Source of the DNA: a virus
IMG/VR virus record: IMGVR_UViG_3300028844_006431
Span: 20,111-84,110 of that record
DNA: 64,000 nucleotides
Strand: one strand, 5' to 3'
The notes beneath the pieces were generated by a model. That model did no database searches. It was not told the DNA's origin and worked only from the letters and a program-made list of their open reading frames with translations. The position numbers and the translations under genes were made by a program. This document shows, one piece after another, positions 49,175-58,807 of the stretch. The first letter of the stretch is position 1; each line of letters starts with the position of its first letter.

Positions 49175-49567
49175 ATGCTTATAATAACTGAGGAAAATTT
49201 TTATCAGTTTGCGCTTTTTAGTTTAAAATCAAAATATTTATCAGAAGCAGAATTTAAGTCATTACTTAAACATATAACTTATATAAAAAGACTGCTAAAA
49301 AAATATAAAGATAATCCTAAAAATATCAACATAAATTTACTGATAAATCATTTTATCATTATATTCAATGAATTTGAAATGGAAATGGCAAACGTATTGT
49401 TGTTTTATCAAATTAATGAATTGTATTATCCTCAGTTAAAAACAGCTTTGGTAGTTTTGAATAAACTTAAAAATGATGAAACATTTGAATTTAATTATAA
49501 AAAAATTGAAGTTATAAAAATACAAAAAGATTTTGCTTTAGAACAAATTTTAAGAAAGATTATATAA
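49175..49567 (+). CDS. Conserved T4-like phage hypothetical protein
   Basis: ITEENF..FA...EF..LK.I.YIKRLL..Y..LLINH.II.FN.F...LKT.L. Confidence 0.75.
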   Translation: MLIITEENFYQFALFSLKSKYLSEAEFKSLLKHITYIKRLLKKYKDNPKNININLLINHFIIIFNEFEMEMANVLLFYQINELYYPQLKTALVVLNKLKNDETFEFNYKKIEVIKIQKDFALEQILRKII

Positions 49568-50671
49568 ATGTCCTTTTCAAAATACAGTTTTCGAAATTTA
49601 CTTGACGAATTCACAAAAGTAGAAGAAGACAGTGATGGAGCGCCTTTAACTACAACGAGTGTTGGTTTACCTCAAACAGGTGATGATGCCTTTATTGGTA
49701 AAACTTATTCGAATCTTGAAGGTGCTACAAAAGGATATGCTTATGACCATTCTTCAAAGAAAAAGAAGAAATGGAAATTAGGTAAATCATTTATGGATCA
49801 TATACTGAAGAGAGGTAGTATTGCTGAAGAAGCTGAATCACCAATTGATTTTGCTCTTGAGATCAATGCGAAAAAATTAGGAGAACTTTTCGGTGAATCT
49901 GTATATGATTTTGGTTCAAAAAAGTATACTGTAAAATATTATCGTAAAGGTGAACAGTATGCTTTTGGTAAAATGTTCTTTGTAGGAAGTGAATCATTCG
50001 CAATGAGATTCAATAAAATCAAAGGGTCAAAAAACGAGGTAGACAGTATCTCCTTTTGGAGTAATTACTCTACAGAAATCATCAACGATGACCTGAATTT
50101 TAGCACAACGCCTGATTCTGATGTGGTCACAGAAGGTCTCAGTCTTGACAAGTGCTTTTTAATTGCGAAGCAGATTTATAAAAATCAAAAACCCAAACTT
50201 CTGAAAATCGAAAATATCAAAATCGAAAAGAAAGGAAAACCAGCAAACAAAGAATTTGAGAAAGAACTCAGCGCAAAAGGAAAAAGTGCAATTAGTTTTG
50301 CGGAATTACTTGACTTTGCCCAGGAAAACGGGTATAATGTAACTGAGCCCTCTGACGGTTCTCTGAACATCAACCTCGTAGTTCCGATGAAGATGGTCAA
50401 GAAAGAGCATGTGATTCCTCATGAAGTCGAATATCGCAAATCAATGGAGACTGATAAGTTTGTTGTTGATGGTAAGCTTCGATTGACATCTGTCAACATT
50501 CAAAACTTTGTCTCAAACACTCAATATGCGGAGGAGCTTCTTGAATTTTTCAGAAGTTTATTTAAAGACAATCTAATCAACAAGTTATCCTTTGAAGCAA
50601 TTGTGTTTGCTTCAAAGATTCGAGAAAGTAAACATCCAAATTGGTTGAAAATTTTAGTCCCGAAAGCCTAG
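49568..50671 (+). CDS. Hypothetical protein (367 aa)
   Basis: Long ORF abutting the upstream stop. Confidence 0.7.
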   Translation: MSFSKYSFRNLLDEFTKVEEDSDGAPLTTTSVGLPQTGDDAFIGKTYSNLEGATKGYAYDHSSKKKKKWKLGKSFMDHILKRGSIAEEAESPIDFALEINAKKLGELFGESVYDFGSKKYTVKYYRKGEQYAFGKMFFVGSESFAMRFNKIKGSKNEVDSISFWSNYSTEIINDDLNFSTTPDSDVVTEGLSLDKCFLIAKQIYKNQKPKLLKIENIKIEKKGKPANKEFEKELSAKGKSAISFAELLDFAQENGYNVTEPSDGSLNINLVVPMKMVKKEHVIPHEVEYRKSMETDKFVVDGKLRLTSVNIQNFVSNTQYAEELLEFFRSLFKDNLINKLSFEAIVFASKIRESKHPNWLKILVPKA

Positions 50672-50674
50672 ATT

Positions 50675-51109
50675 ATGAAAAAAGTTAGTGCTGGTGTAGT
50701 GATTACGAATGGAAAAGTTGTTCTTGGTGTCAAATCTTATAAGTGGGATTTACCAAAAGGAGAGATTGAGCCAGGAGAAAAACCAATTGATGCTGCGGTC
50801 CGAGAAGTTGAAGAAGAAACAGGACTCAAGCTGAACAAAAAAGACCTAACAGAATTAGGATTTTTTGACTATACAAGAAACAAAGATTTATGGCTTTATT
50901 TGTATGTTCCTAAAGAATTACCAGACACTTCAAAGATGAAGTGTTCAACATACTTCAAAGATGAAGATGGTAATCAAACATTAGAAGTTGAGGGATATCG
51001 TTATATTAACTTTCGTTACTTAGAGCGGTTTTATTATCGTTCAATCGTAAAGGTTTTAAGGCAAGTTGAAGAACTTCCAGTTTTTACTCATTACTTTCAC
51101 GGAGACTAA
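50675..51109 (+). CDS. Nudix hydrolase
   Basis: Nudix box WDLPKGEIEPGEKPIDAAVREVEEETG. Confidence 0.92.
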   Translation: MKKVSAGVVITNGKVVLGVKSYKWDLPKGEIEPGEKPIDAAVREVEEETGLKLNKKDLTELGFFDYTRNKDLWLYLYVPKELPDTSKMKCSTYFKDEDGNQTLEVEGYRYINFRYLERFYYRSIVKVLRQVEELPVFTHYFHGD

Positions 51110-51110
51110 G

Positions 51111-51491
51111 ATGAATCATTTTACTGCTTTATTGAATGTTCTCGAAGCTGTTGACTTTGATAAAAAAATGTCAAAAGCTTTTTTTGAAAACTATCTTCAC
51201 GAATACTTATCACTTTCACATACTCAAAAAGATCCTATTTCTGAGCAAGATTTTGACACGATGAAAGAAGTAGCAATTGCTTGTGGACTCCAACCTCAAG
51301 AGTTTGAATCAATTGTTAACGAAGCAGATGGAGATGAAAAGGATGATGAAAAAGAAGATAAATATGACAGACAGATAAACAATGTGGTTGAGCATCCACC
51401 GGGAGTATACGCATTCAATCATTTCTTGAATAAGTGGTACTCAGATCCAGACACCGAGCCAACCATTACAACACCAGGATATGCCCATTAA
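51111..51491 (+). CDS. Hypothetical protein
   Basis: GGAGA RBS, ATG at 51111. Confidence 0.65.
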   Translation: MNHFTALLNVLEAVDFDKKMSKAFFENYLHEYLSLSHTQKDPISEQDFDTMKEVAIACGLQPQEFESIVNEADGDEKDDEKEDKYDRQINNVVEHPPGVYAFNHFLNKWYSDPDTEPTITTPGYAH

Positions 51492-51864
51492 GAAGAAAAT
51501 GGAATCAAAAGCTTTTCGGCAAATCAATGAAGATATTGCGAAACTAATCAATTCAAAACCTAAAGCGATTGTTTGCAAGAAGCCGAGAAAACTACCTGTA
51601 TTTGAAAGAGTAAATGATGATGTACCTTATCTAACTGAAGAGAAGTTAGAAGAAGCATACATGTCGAAAAATTTGTCACTCAAGACAAAGAAACTATTAG
51701 AATGGCTTGTTGTTCGTGAAAATGTTGAAATCGCAGAAAATTATTTTCAGAGCAACCGTGCTAAGTTCGAAGAAATTTCCTTCCTCCTTGAAACTGAAAA
51801 AGTTAACTTTACAACATTCATCAGGAAATTATTAGAAAAACATGAACAAGCGATCTCTAACTGA
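51481..51864 (+). CDS. Hypothetical protein
   Basis: AGGA RBS; overlaps its neighbours. Confidence 0.6.
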   Translation: MPIKKKMESKAFRQINEDIAKLINSKPKAIVCKKPRKLPVFERVNDDVPYLTEEKLEEAYMSKNLSLKTKKLLEWLVVRENVEIAENYFQSNRAKFEEISFLLETEKVNFTTFIRKLLEKHEQAISN

Positions 51865-52876
51865 GAACAAATCAATTCAAAAAGAGTTCATCTTTCGTCT
51901 ATCTAACTCACTTCGAAATTTTAAATGGAAAGCAAACGGAGCAAACTTCTCCTGTCCTGTTTGTGGTGATAGCCAAAGAAATGAAACAAAAGCCCGAGGT
52001 TATCTTTTTGAAAAAGAAAATCTCTATCAATATTTTTGTCACAATTGTTCTTTCAGTGCTAAATTCTCTTTCTTCTTAAAAACTATAAATCCTGTTTTAC
52101 ATACAGAATATCTAAAAGAACTATTTTTAGATTCTCGTCGAGAAGAAAAGATTATGAAGCCGCACAATCTTAAAGCAAAACCCATACCTTCTGATAACGT
52201 CAGTGCTTCAAAAATTGTTGATGCTCTTTCGATTGAGCAATTATCAAATTCACATGAAGCAAAGGCCTATGTTCTTCGTCGACAGATACCAGAGAAGTAT
52301 CATAAGAAATTATTTTATGTAGAAAACTTTGGTAACTGGGTTCGTCAGTATTATGATCCAAATTATGCTGGTGGTAACGATGAAAGAATCATTATACCTT
52401 TTTATAATGGTAGAAAAAAGCTTGTAGCCTTTCAAGGCAGAGCATTGTCAGGTAACACAAAACTTCGTTACATTACAATCAAGCTCAACGAAAAAGCTCC
52501 AAAGATTTTCAATTATGATCAAATTGACACTTCAAGAAAAATCTATATTGTTGAAGGTCCGATTGATGCGATGTTTCTACCAAATGCAATTGCAATTGCC
52601 GGTTCAGATGTTTCAAAAACTTTAGATAAACTTAACTTTGATTTTGTTTTTGTTGCTGACCGTGAACCTCGCAATCCTGAAATCATCAAAAAAATTGCGA
52701 ACATGATTGACCGCAAATATAAAGTTGCTCTGCTTCCTGATTCGATGCCGGGAAAAGATATAAATGAATATATACTAAATGGGTATACAGCATCTCAAAT
52801 TGTTTCAATGATTGATCGATTTACCTTTGAAGGACTTCAAGCAACCTTTCAACTCAAAATGTGGCAGAAGATATGA
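51842..52876 (+). CDS. gp61: DNA primase (T4 gp61-like)
   Basis: Zn finger CPVCGDS..CHNC, RIIIPF, FQGRAL, TOPRIM VEGPIDAMF, D.EPRN, KDINE. Confidence 0.95.
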   Translation: MNKRSLTENKSIQKEFIFRLSNSLRNFKWKANGANFSCPVCGDSQRNETKARGYLFEKENLYQYFCHNCSFSAKFSFFLKTINPVLHTEYLKELFLDSRREEKIMKPHNLKAKPIPSDNVSASKIVDALSIEQLSNSHEAKAYVLRRQIPEKYHKKLFYVENFGNWVRQYYDPNYAGGNDERIIIPFYNGRKKLVAFQGRALSGNTKLRYITIKLNEKAPKIFNYDQIDTSRKIYIVEGPIDAMFLPNAIAIAGSDVSKTLDKLNFDFVFVADREPRNPEIIKKIANMIDRKYKVALLPDSMPGKDINEYILNGYTASQIVSMIDRFTFEGLQATFQLKMWQKI

Positions 52877-53301
52877 CACCAATGGACATCGCTAAAATTT
52901 ATTTCATTGATGAGAAGATTGAAGAGATTCGATCTCACACAACTGAATATAATTCAAGAAATTATGATGACGACCTGAAAGAATACTATGATGAATTTGT
53001 TGAACCTTTGGCAGAGTATTATGACTGTTCTTATTCATCATCTTATGAGTATCTAAAGGCATTGGTTCATTACTCTTTGGATCATTCACCCTCACATAAA
53101 ATTGCTGAAAAGTTTATTTCAATTCTTCACAATACTCGTTCTTTATTTGAAGACTTTGGTATTCTAACTATTCAAGAAAATCAGCATCTTATGAAACATT
53201 TTCTCTTCACACAAATTGAAGACTTCAATGAGGATACAGATAAATGGTCTCCCAATGATCAACGCATTCGTTTTGATGTTCGAACAGTGAAATCGAATTG
53301 A
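52873..53301 (+). CDS. Hypothetical protein
   Basis: ATGA overlap with the primase stop. Confidence 0.6.
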   Translation: MTPMDIAKIYFIDEKIEEIRSHTTEYNSRNYDDDLKEYYDEFVEPLAEYYDCSYSSSYEYLKALVHYSLDHSPSHKIAEKFISILHNTRSLFEDFGILTIQENQHLMKHFLFTQIEDFNEDTDKWSPNDQRIRFDVRTVKSN

Positions 53302-53362
53302 GTATGAAGACCAAAAATTGCTAAATAGAGATACGCTTTCAAAACATTTTATTGGATAAATT

Positions 53363-53587
53363 ATGGCTTTTCCCGGAATCAGTTCTTTCAAATCAACATA
53401 TTCGGATACGAAAAAAATTGAAATTATGACAACTGCAGAAAGCATTCTTATACAGGATGTAGATCTTCTGGAAGATTTTTCAGGTATGATTTTGATCAAA
53501 AACGCAACAGGCAAAAAACTGATGTGTATCACACGGGAATCCATCATTGGAGTCCGCTTTCTTAATGACACTACAAGTATGGTATAA
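53363..53587 (+). CDS. Small beta-rich protein, tandem paralog A
   Basis: SFKS..KIEIMT..IQD..LI.N..KK.M...IIG. CTAAATA at 53321-53327 upstream. Confidence 0.65.
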   Translation: MAFPGISSFKSTYSDTKKIEIMTTAESILIQDVDLLEDFSGMILIKNATGKKLMCITRESIIGVRFLNDTTSMV

Positions 53588-53588
53588 A

Positions 53589-53810
53589 ATGGCAGTTGCA
53601 AGTTATAATAGTTTTAAAAGTCAATTTAGTTCTGAATTGAGTTCAAATCCAAAAATTGAAATCATGACTATGGATGGTGGTCATATTATTCAAGATCATA
53701 CTTTACAAGTTGAAAATAAAACTGACCATTTATTGATTTGGAATGTAAACAAAACAAAGAAGATTATGGTTTTGTATGAAGACCATATCGTTGGTTACAA
53801 ATTGAGATAA
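53589..53810 (+). CDS. Small beta-rich protein, tandem paralog B
   Basis: SFKS..KIEIMT..IQD..LI.N..KK.M...IVG. ATG at 53589. Confidence 0.65.
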   Translation: MAVASYNSFKSQFSSELSSNPKIEIMTMDGGHIIQDHTLQVENKTDHLLIWNVNKTKKIMVLYEDHIVGYKLR

Positions 53811-53901
53811 ATCCCTAAAATTCAAACACTTTTTCTAAAATGATCAATCATTTCGATGCATTTCTACACTCTTTTTTTCACAATTTAGCCGGAGTCCTTT
53901 C

Positions 53902-55698
53902 ATGAGTGCCCAGATTTTGACAATGCCTCAAACGGAGAATCGATATCATGATTTAGAAATACATGAAGAAAGAAATGAACTTTTTTCTGAGATGGCTGTA
54001 AAGATGCTCAGTCAATTTTATTGTAATGATAATGAAACTCCACAACAGGCTTTTGCCAGAACAGCACTTTGTTTTTCAGCAGGTGACTTAGAATTAGCAC
54101 AGCGGCTATATGATGCGGTTTCAAAAGGTTGGTTCATGTTTGCCTCACCGGTTCTTTCCAACTCCGTCCTTCCTGGAGTTTCACCAAAGGCAATGCCAAT
54201 CTCTTGTTTCCTTCTTGACATACAAGACAACTTAGAATCAATCATTGACCACTCAACAGAAGTTCGGTGGCTATCTATCAAAGGAGGAGGAGTCGGAGCT
54301 AACTGGTCCAAAGTCCGATCTGTCTCAAATAAAGCACCAGGACCCATGCCATTTCTACACACGATTGATGCCGACATGATTGCCTATCGTCAAGGTAAAA
54401 CCCGTAAAGGTTCACTGTGCGCTTTCTTGGACATCTCACACCCTGATATTATGGAATTCATTCACATGAGAGTTCCGACAGGAGATGTGAATCGTAAAAA
54501 TCTCAATCTTCATCATTCAATCAACATTCCTGATGAATTCATGAGAGCAGTTGAACGAGATGAAATGTGGGACTTGATTGATCCAAATGATGAAACAGTT
54601 CGTGATACCATTCGTGCTCGAGAGTTATGGGAAACATTGCTTGAGATTCGTTTCCGCACTGGTGAGCCATGCATTCATTTCATCACAGAGTCCAATCGTC
54701 AGCTACCTCAAGCACTGAAGGATCAAGGTCTGAGAATCAACAGTTCAAATCTCTGTCAAGAAATCACTCTTCCCACAAATGAAGAGCGAACAGCCGTGTG
54801 TTGTTTGTCTTCATTGAATCTTGACAAGTTTGATGAATGGAAATATTCAACACTTGTTGAAGATATGATCACCATGCTTGATAATGTTCTTCAATTCTTT
54901 ATTGACCACGCACCGAACGAATTGTCAAAAGCAAAGTATTCTGCGACAAGAGAAAGGTCACTTGGTCTTGGAGCGATGGGCTTTCATTCATGGCTTCAAA
55001 AGAACAACATTGCTTGGGAGAGTGAAGAAGCACGTCTTGAGAATGAAAAATTGTTCAGTCATATTGACAGTCGAGCAAAAGAGCAGACAATACGATTGGG
55101 TCATGAAAAGGGAGAGTATCTGGATGGAATTGGCACAGGAAGACGCAATGCTCATCTGACCGCCATCGCACCAAATGCTAACTCTGGAATGCTCTTAGGT
55201 GTCTCACCATCAATCGAACCATACAACGCCAATACTTTCACACAACGTTCAAGAATTGGCTCATATTTAATCAAAAATCCATATCTCGCAAAAGTTCTCG
55301 AAGCTCATGGCAAGAACAATGATGCGACTTGGTCAAACATCATGTTGAATCGTGGTTCAGTTCAACATCTCAAGTTTCTCACAGAACATGAGAAAAATGT
55401 CTACAAGACCGCAATGGAAATTGACCAGACAACAGTAGTTCAACATGCTGCGGATCGGCAGAAATATATCGAACAGGGTCAATCAGTGAATCTATTCTTT
55501 CCCGCAAAACAAGATAAAGCTGAAATGAGCAAAGTTCATTATCTTGCCTGGAAGAATAAGTTGAAAACTCTTTATTATCTGCGAACAGAAGCAGAGCATC
55601 GAGTTGAGAATGTTTCAGAAAAAGTGGAGCGGGATGCTCTACGAGATTACATGGATAAACCAAAAGAAGAAGAGGAGTGTTTAAATTGTCAAGGCTGA
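53902..55698 (+). CDS. nrdA: Class I ribonucleotide reductase alpha subunit (short, no ATP-cone)
   Basis: ASPVLSN, PISCF, SNLCQEI, AIAPNA, KTLYYLR, C-terminal CLNC. Confidence 0.96.
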   Translation: MSAQILTMPQTENRYHDLEIHEERNELFSEMAVKMLSQFYCNDNETPQQAFARTALCFSAGDLELAQRLYDAVSKGWFMFASPVLSNSVLPGVSPKAMPISCFLLDIQDNLESIIDHSTEVRWLSIKGGGVGANWSKVRSVSNKAPGPMPFLHTIDADMIAYRQGKTRKGSLCAFLDISHPDIMEFIHMRVPTGDVNRKNLNLHHSINIPDEFMRAVERDEMWDLIDPNDETVRDTIRARELWETLLEIRFRTGEPCIHFITESNRQLPQALKDQGLRINSSNLCQEITLPTNEERTAVCCLSSLNLDKFDEWKYSTLVEDMITMLDNVLQFFIDHAPNELSKAKYSATRERSLGLGAMGFHSWLQKNNIAWESEEARLENEKLFSHIDSRAKEQTIRLGHEKGEYLDGIGTGRRNAHLTAIAPNANSGMLLGVSPSIEPYNANTFTQRSRIGSYLIKNPYLAKVLEAHGKNNDATWSNIMLNRGSVQHLKFLTEHEKNVYKTAMEIDQTTVVQHAADRQKYIEQGQSVNLFFPAKQDKAEMSKVHYLAWKNKLKTLYYLRTEAEHRVENVSEKVERDALRDYMDKPKEEEECLNCQG

Positions 55699-56072
55699 TT
55701 GATATCTCTCAATATCATAATCAAGGAAGTGTCGAAGGTTACGTTGTAGATACGAAACGAGAACAACTAGGAAATTTTTTCACCTCAAATGGTATATCAA
55801 AAGAAGTTGCGAACAAGTATCTACACAAGTTTCGTAATATTGCTATTCTTAAGAATATGCAAGTGAGTCAAAAAGGAAAGGGTATCGGAAGAAAACTTTT
55901 TGATCAATTCATCGATCAAGCATATGACGAAGGTGCAGAGGCAATTTTTCTGGTTGCTGATGTGAGTGAGAAAAATGACTTCGATCTGATTCAATGGTAT
56001 GAGAGGTATGGCTTTGAGAAAATCGCAAAAACTTCAAACTCAGACTATCTCATGCTCCTTCATGAAGAGTAG
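55686..56072 (+). CDS. GNAT-family acetyltransferase
   Basis: QKGKGIGRKL acetyl-CoA motif and L..WYERYGF. TTG at 55686, 8 nt after GAGGAG. Confidence 0.8.
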   Translation: MSRLIDISQYHNQGSVEGYVVDTKREQLGNFFTSNGISKEVANKYLHKFRNIAILKNMQVSQKGKGIGRKLFDQFIDQAYDEGAEAIFLVADVSEKNDFDLIQWYERYGFEKIAKTSNSDYLMLLHEE

Positions 56073-56131
56073 TCTGGGTAGTCTCAGAATCGTCACCAGC
56101 GGTATTTTATCAGAAAGGTATAGACAAACAT

Positions 56132-57352
56132 ATGGAAGTAAAAATTTACAGCAAAACAGGTTGTAGCTATTGCGTGAAAGCAAAAGAATTTTTCAAGAAT
56201 CATCGCATCGACTTTGTAGAAATTCTGCTTGATGATTATCAAGAACGCATGGACTTTTATCAGAGAGTTTCAAATGGTGTTCAAGTGACTTCCGTGCCAC
56301 AGATTTTTATTGATGACAAGCACATCGGAGGATACACTAACCTGATCTCTCAGGAAGATTTGATTCTGAAAAAAAAGTTCGGTGGGCTAGAGGTCTCATC
56401 CGTGACTTACAAGCCCTTTCGATATGAGTGGGCTGTAGAGATGGCTCAGAATCATGAAAAGATTCATTGGATTCCAGAGGAGGTTTCTCTTGAAGATGAT
56501 GTTCATGATTGGAAATCAAAGAAACTCTCACAAGGTGAGAAAGATTTCATTCGTAGTGTATTGACATTGTTTGTTCAAAGTGATGTCAATGTAGGTGAAA
56601 ACTATATCAATTACTATCTAAAGATTTTTAAGAACAATGAAGTTCGCAAAATGCTGGCAAGCTTTGCTGCGAGAGAATTCATTCATCAGGAAGCCTATGC
56701 GTTGTTCAATGATACAATTGGATTTCCTGAAAGTGATTACAGCGCCTTCTTAGATATCGAACAAATGAGAGACAAGCATGACTTCATGCTTGACATTGAT
56801 ATTCATTCGAAAGAAGGAATTGGTTTATCAATTGCAAAGTCCGTCATCAACGAAGGTCTTGTATTGTTCAGTTCATTTGCCATGTTGTTGAATTTTCAAC
56901 GATTTGGTAAACTCAAAGGTTTTGGCAAAATCAACGAATGGTCTATTCGTGACGAAAATCTTCATGCTCATGGAATGGCAAAACTCTTTCGAACTTATTG
57001 TAATGAAAATCCACGAATTGTCAATGATGATTTCAAGAAAAAGATTTACAGTATGGTTCGCACCGCTGTGAAATTAGAGGATATCTTCATTGAAAGAGCC
57101 TTTGGCTTTTCTGAAATGGAAGGTTTGACACAAGAAGAAATGAAGATGTATATTCGTTACATGGCAGATCGACGTTTGATTCAGTTAGGAATGAAAGGTA
57201 ATTATAAGGTCAAAGAAAATCCATTATCTTGGCTTGACTTTATTCTCAACGCACCAGACCATACCAACTTTTTTGAGAATCGAGTTACAGAATATAGTGT
57301 TGGTGGTCTGACAGGCAAGTTCAATTATGACTTTATCGAAGAGGTCGCATGA
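56132..57352 (+). CDS. nrdB: Glutaredoxin-NrdB fusion (RNR beta subunit)
   Basis: N-terminal CSYC..SVPQIFI..IGGY, then HWIPEE, EFIHQEAY, EGLVLFSSF, RDENLH, NFFENRVTEY. Confidence 0.95.
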   Translation: MEVKIYSKTGCSYCVKAKEFFKNHRIDFVEILLDDYQERMDFYQRVSNGVQVTSVPQIFIDDKHIGGYTNLISQEDLILKKKFGGLEVSSVTYKPFRYEWAVEMAQNHEKIHWIPEEVSLEDDVHDWKSKKLSQGEKDFIRSVLTLFVQSDVNVGENYINYYLKIFKNNEVRKMLASFAAREFIHQEAYALFNDTIGFPESDYSAFLDIEQMRDKHDFMLDIDIHSKEGIGLSIAKSVINEGLVLFSSFAMLLNFQRFGKLKGFGKINEWSIRDENLHAHGMAKLFRTYCNENPRIVNDDFKKKIYSMVRTAVKLEDIFIERAFGFSEMEGLTQEEMKMYIRYMADRRLIQLGMKGNYKVKENPLSWLDFILNAPDHTNFFENRVTEYSVGGLTGKFNYDFIEEVA

Positions 57353-58050
57353 CACATTTCTTAGTTAAGCTTGATCGAAAGGTCAAGCTAGTATTTCTAC
57401 TTTACTTTTTCTTTGCGGGCTTTTGGACATTAAACGGATTTGATAAATTCTTCAATGGAGAATTTCGGCATGATACAAATCCAAATGTAGCAAAGTTTGC
57501 TATTCTTGATGCGGAAACAGGTGAGTTAGAATATCGAATTCACAAGTATCGAGTACATGGACTTTTTGGCGTGAATCGTGATGAAGCATTTCGAGAATAC
57601 TTTTCTCAGTTAGGTTTATCCTATGAGGTCTCTCAGTATGCTCTCTACACAATTAGCTATATTGAAATTGTTCTTGGGTTGGTCTTTCTTTATATTTTCT
57701 TGAGGTCAATTCTCGGAATCAAGAACGAATATTCAAAACGAACTTTGTATGGTACAAGAACTCTTCATCGTTTGGCATTCAAAGTTTCAACTCTACTGTT
57801 CACAGCATTTGTCATGTTTGACAATCTCACTGGTGATAGATTTGAGAACCTGGAGCATTCGATTTTCTTCTTGTTGTTGCTCTTTACATACTATCTGTTT
57901 TTACAAGCAGAAAAGATTGAGAAGGTTGAATATGACCAGCTGATCAAGGGTTGGGAGGGTGAGAAGAATCGCCGTTCAAATTCTGTTCAATATGCTGGTG
58001 TTGATCGACGTGCCGCAAGAAAATTAGATCATGCCAAAGAACTTCATTGA
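57349..58050 (+). CDS. Membrane protein, DoxX-like
   Basis: About four TM segments, FWTLNGFDKFF, EIVLG. ATGA-coupled to nrdB. Confidence 0.6.
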   Translation: MTHFLVKLDRKVKLVFLLYFFFAGFWTLNGFDKFFNGEFRHDTNPNVAKFAILDAETGELEYRIHKYRVHGLFGVNRDEAFREYFSQLGLSYEVSQYALYTISYIEIVLGLVFLYIFLRSILGIKNEYSKRTLYGTRTLHRLAFKVSTLLFTAFVMFDNLTGDRFENLEHSIFFLLLLFTYYLFLQAEKIEKVEYDQLIKGWEGEKNRRSNSVQYAGVDRRAARKLDHAKELH

Positions 58051-58055
58051 TTACG

Positions 58056-58340
58056 TCAGCCTCTCGGAATCCCACCATAAAAACGCTTGTGACCAGTCGG
58101 AAAAGGAGGTCGGATTGGTTCACGATAAATTGTTTTTGGAAAAATCGGTTCTGTACAACAATTCGTATAGGCATTCTTCAGTATACGATTAATACGAGGT
58201 GATCCTTTCGGAGATGGTTGCTGTTGAGCTTTCAACGAAAACGCAATCATCTCCTCAATTCTTTTCTGTTCTGTTCTTCTGTCAGCATCACTCATACCCA
58301 TCAATACAAACGCACTGAGAATAATAATAAGTTTTTTCAT
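58056..58340 (-). CDS. Small secreted hypothetical protein
   Basis: Signal-peptide-like MKKLIIILSAFVLMG. Confidence 0.55.
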   Translation of the reverse strand: MKKLIIILSAFVLMGMSDADRRTEQKRIEEMIAFSLKAQQQPSPKGSPRINRILKNAYTNCCTEPIFPKTIYREPIRPPFPTGHKRFYGGIPRG

Positions 58341-58456
58341 TTTGATTCTTTGTGTTGAATCCATCTTTTATCTTTTTCAACAATTTCTTTGAGTATAAAC
58401 AGAATTACTCCTGTTCCAATAAAATGCATAATTATAAGTGCTATGGTTTCAACCAT
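58337..58456 (-). CDS. 39-aa single-TM peptide
   Basis: GGAGA RBS, MVETIALIIMHFIGTGVILFILKEIVEK.... ATGA overlap with the next gene. Confidence 0.5.
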   Translation of the reverse strand: MVETIALIIMHFIGTGVILFILKEIVEKDKRWIQHKESK

Positions 58457-58464
58457 CGTATCTC

Positions 58465-58692
58465 CTAGTAGTGTCCGTGGTCACGAATAAATTCATATTC
58501 TAAATCAATTTGAATATCTTCAAGAGTGATGTCAAGGCTTGTGAGAGCATCCTTTGCTTCACGAATCGCCTTACCTAAATCTGCTCTGTCTTTTCCATTC
58601 GACATTTTCTCATAAATTTCAATCGCAAGCTTAAATGTTTCAGGTGCTGACTTTATTTCCGCGAGAATTTCTGTGATTTCTTTTTTGTCCAT
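58465..58692 (-). CDS. Hypothetical helical protein (75 aa)
   Basis: ORF in a packed minus-strand cluster. Confidence 0.6.
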   Translation of the reverse strand: MDKKEITEILAEIKSAPETFKLAIEIYEKMSNGKDRADLGKAIREAKDALTSLDITLEDIQIDLEYEFIRDHGHY

Positions 58693-58799
58693 TGGGTGCT
58701 TTCTTGAATTGCACGTTTTGCCCAGATAGGCAAATCTTTGAATTTATAAGATGTCATACCAATTTGTTCCTCAGGGTCAATCTCATTTGAACTAATCAT
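58653..58799 (-). CDS. 48-aa hypothetical protein
   Basis: GGAG RBS, MISSNEIDPEEQIGMTSYKFKDLPIWAK.... Confidence 0.45.
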   Translation of the reverse strand: MISSNEIDPEEQIGMTSYKFKDLPIWAKRAIQESTQWTKKKSQKFSRK

Positions 58800-58807
58800 T
58801 TTTACTC

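Noticed and set aside
41397-57352. Inteins or group I introns in gp43, gp41, nrdA or nrdB
   Set aside because: Lengths are normal, the ORFs are uninterrupted, and no intein motifs were seen.
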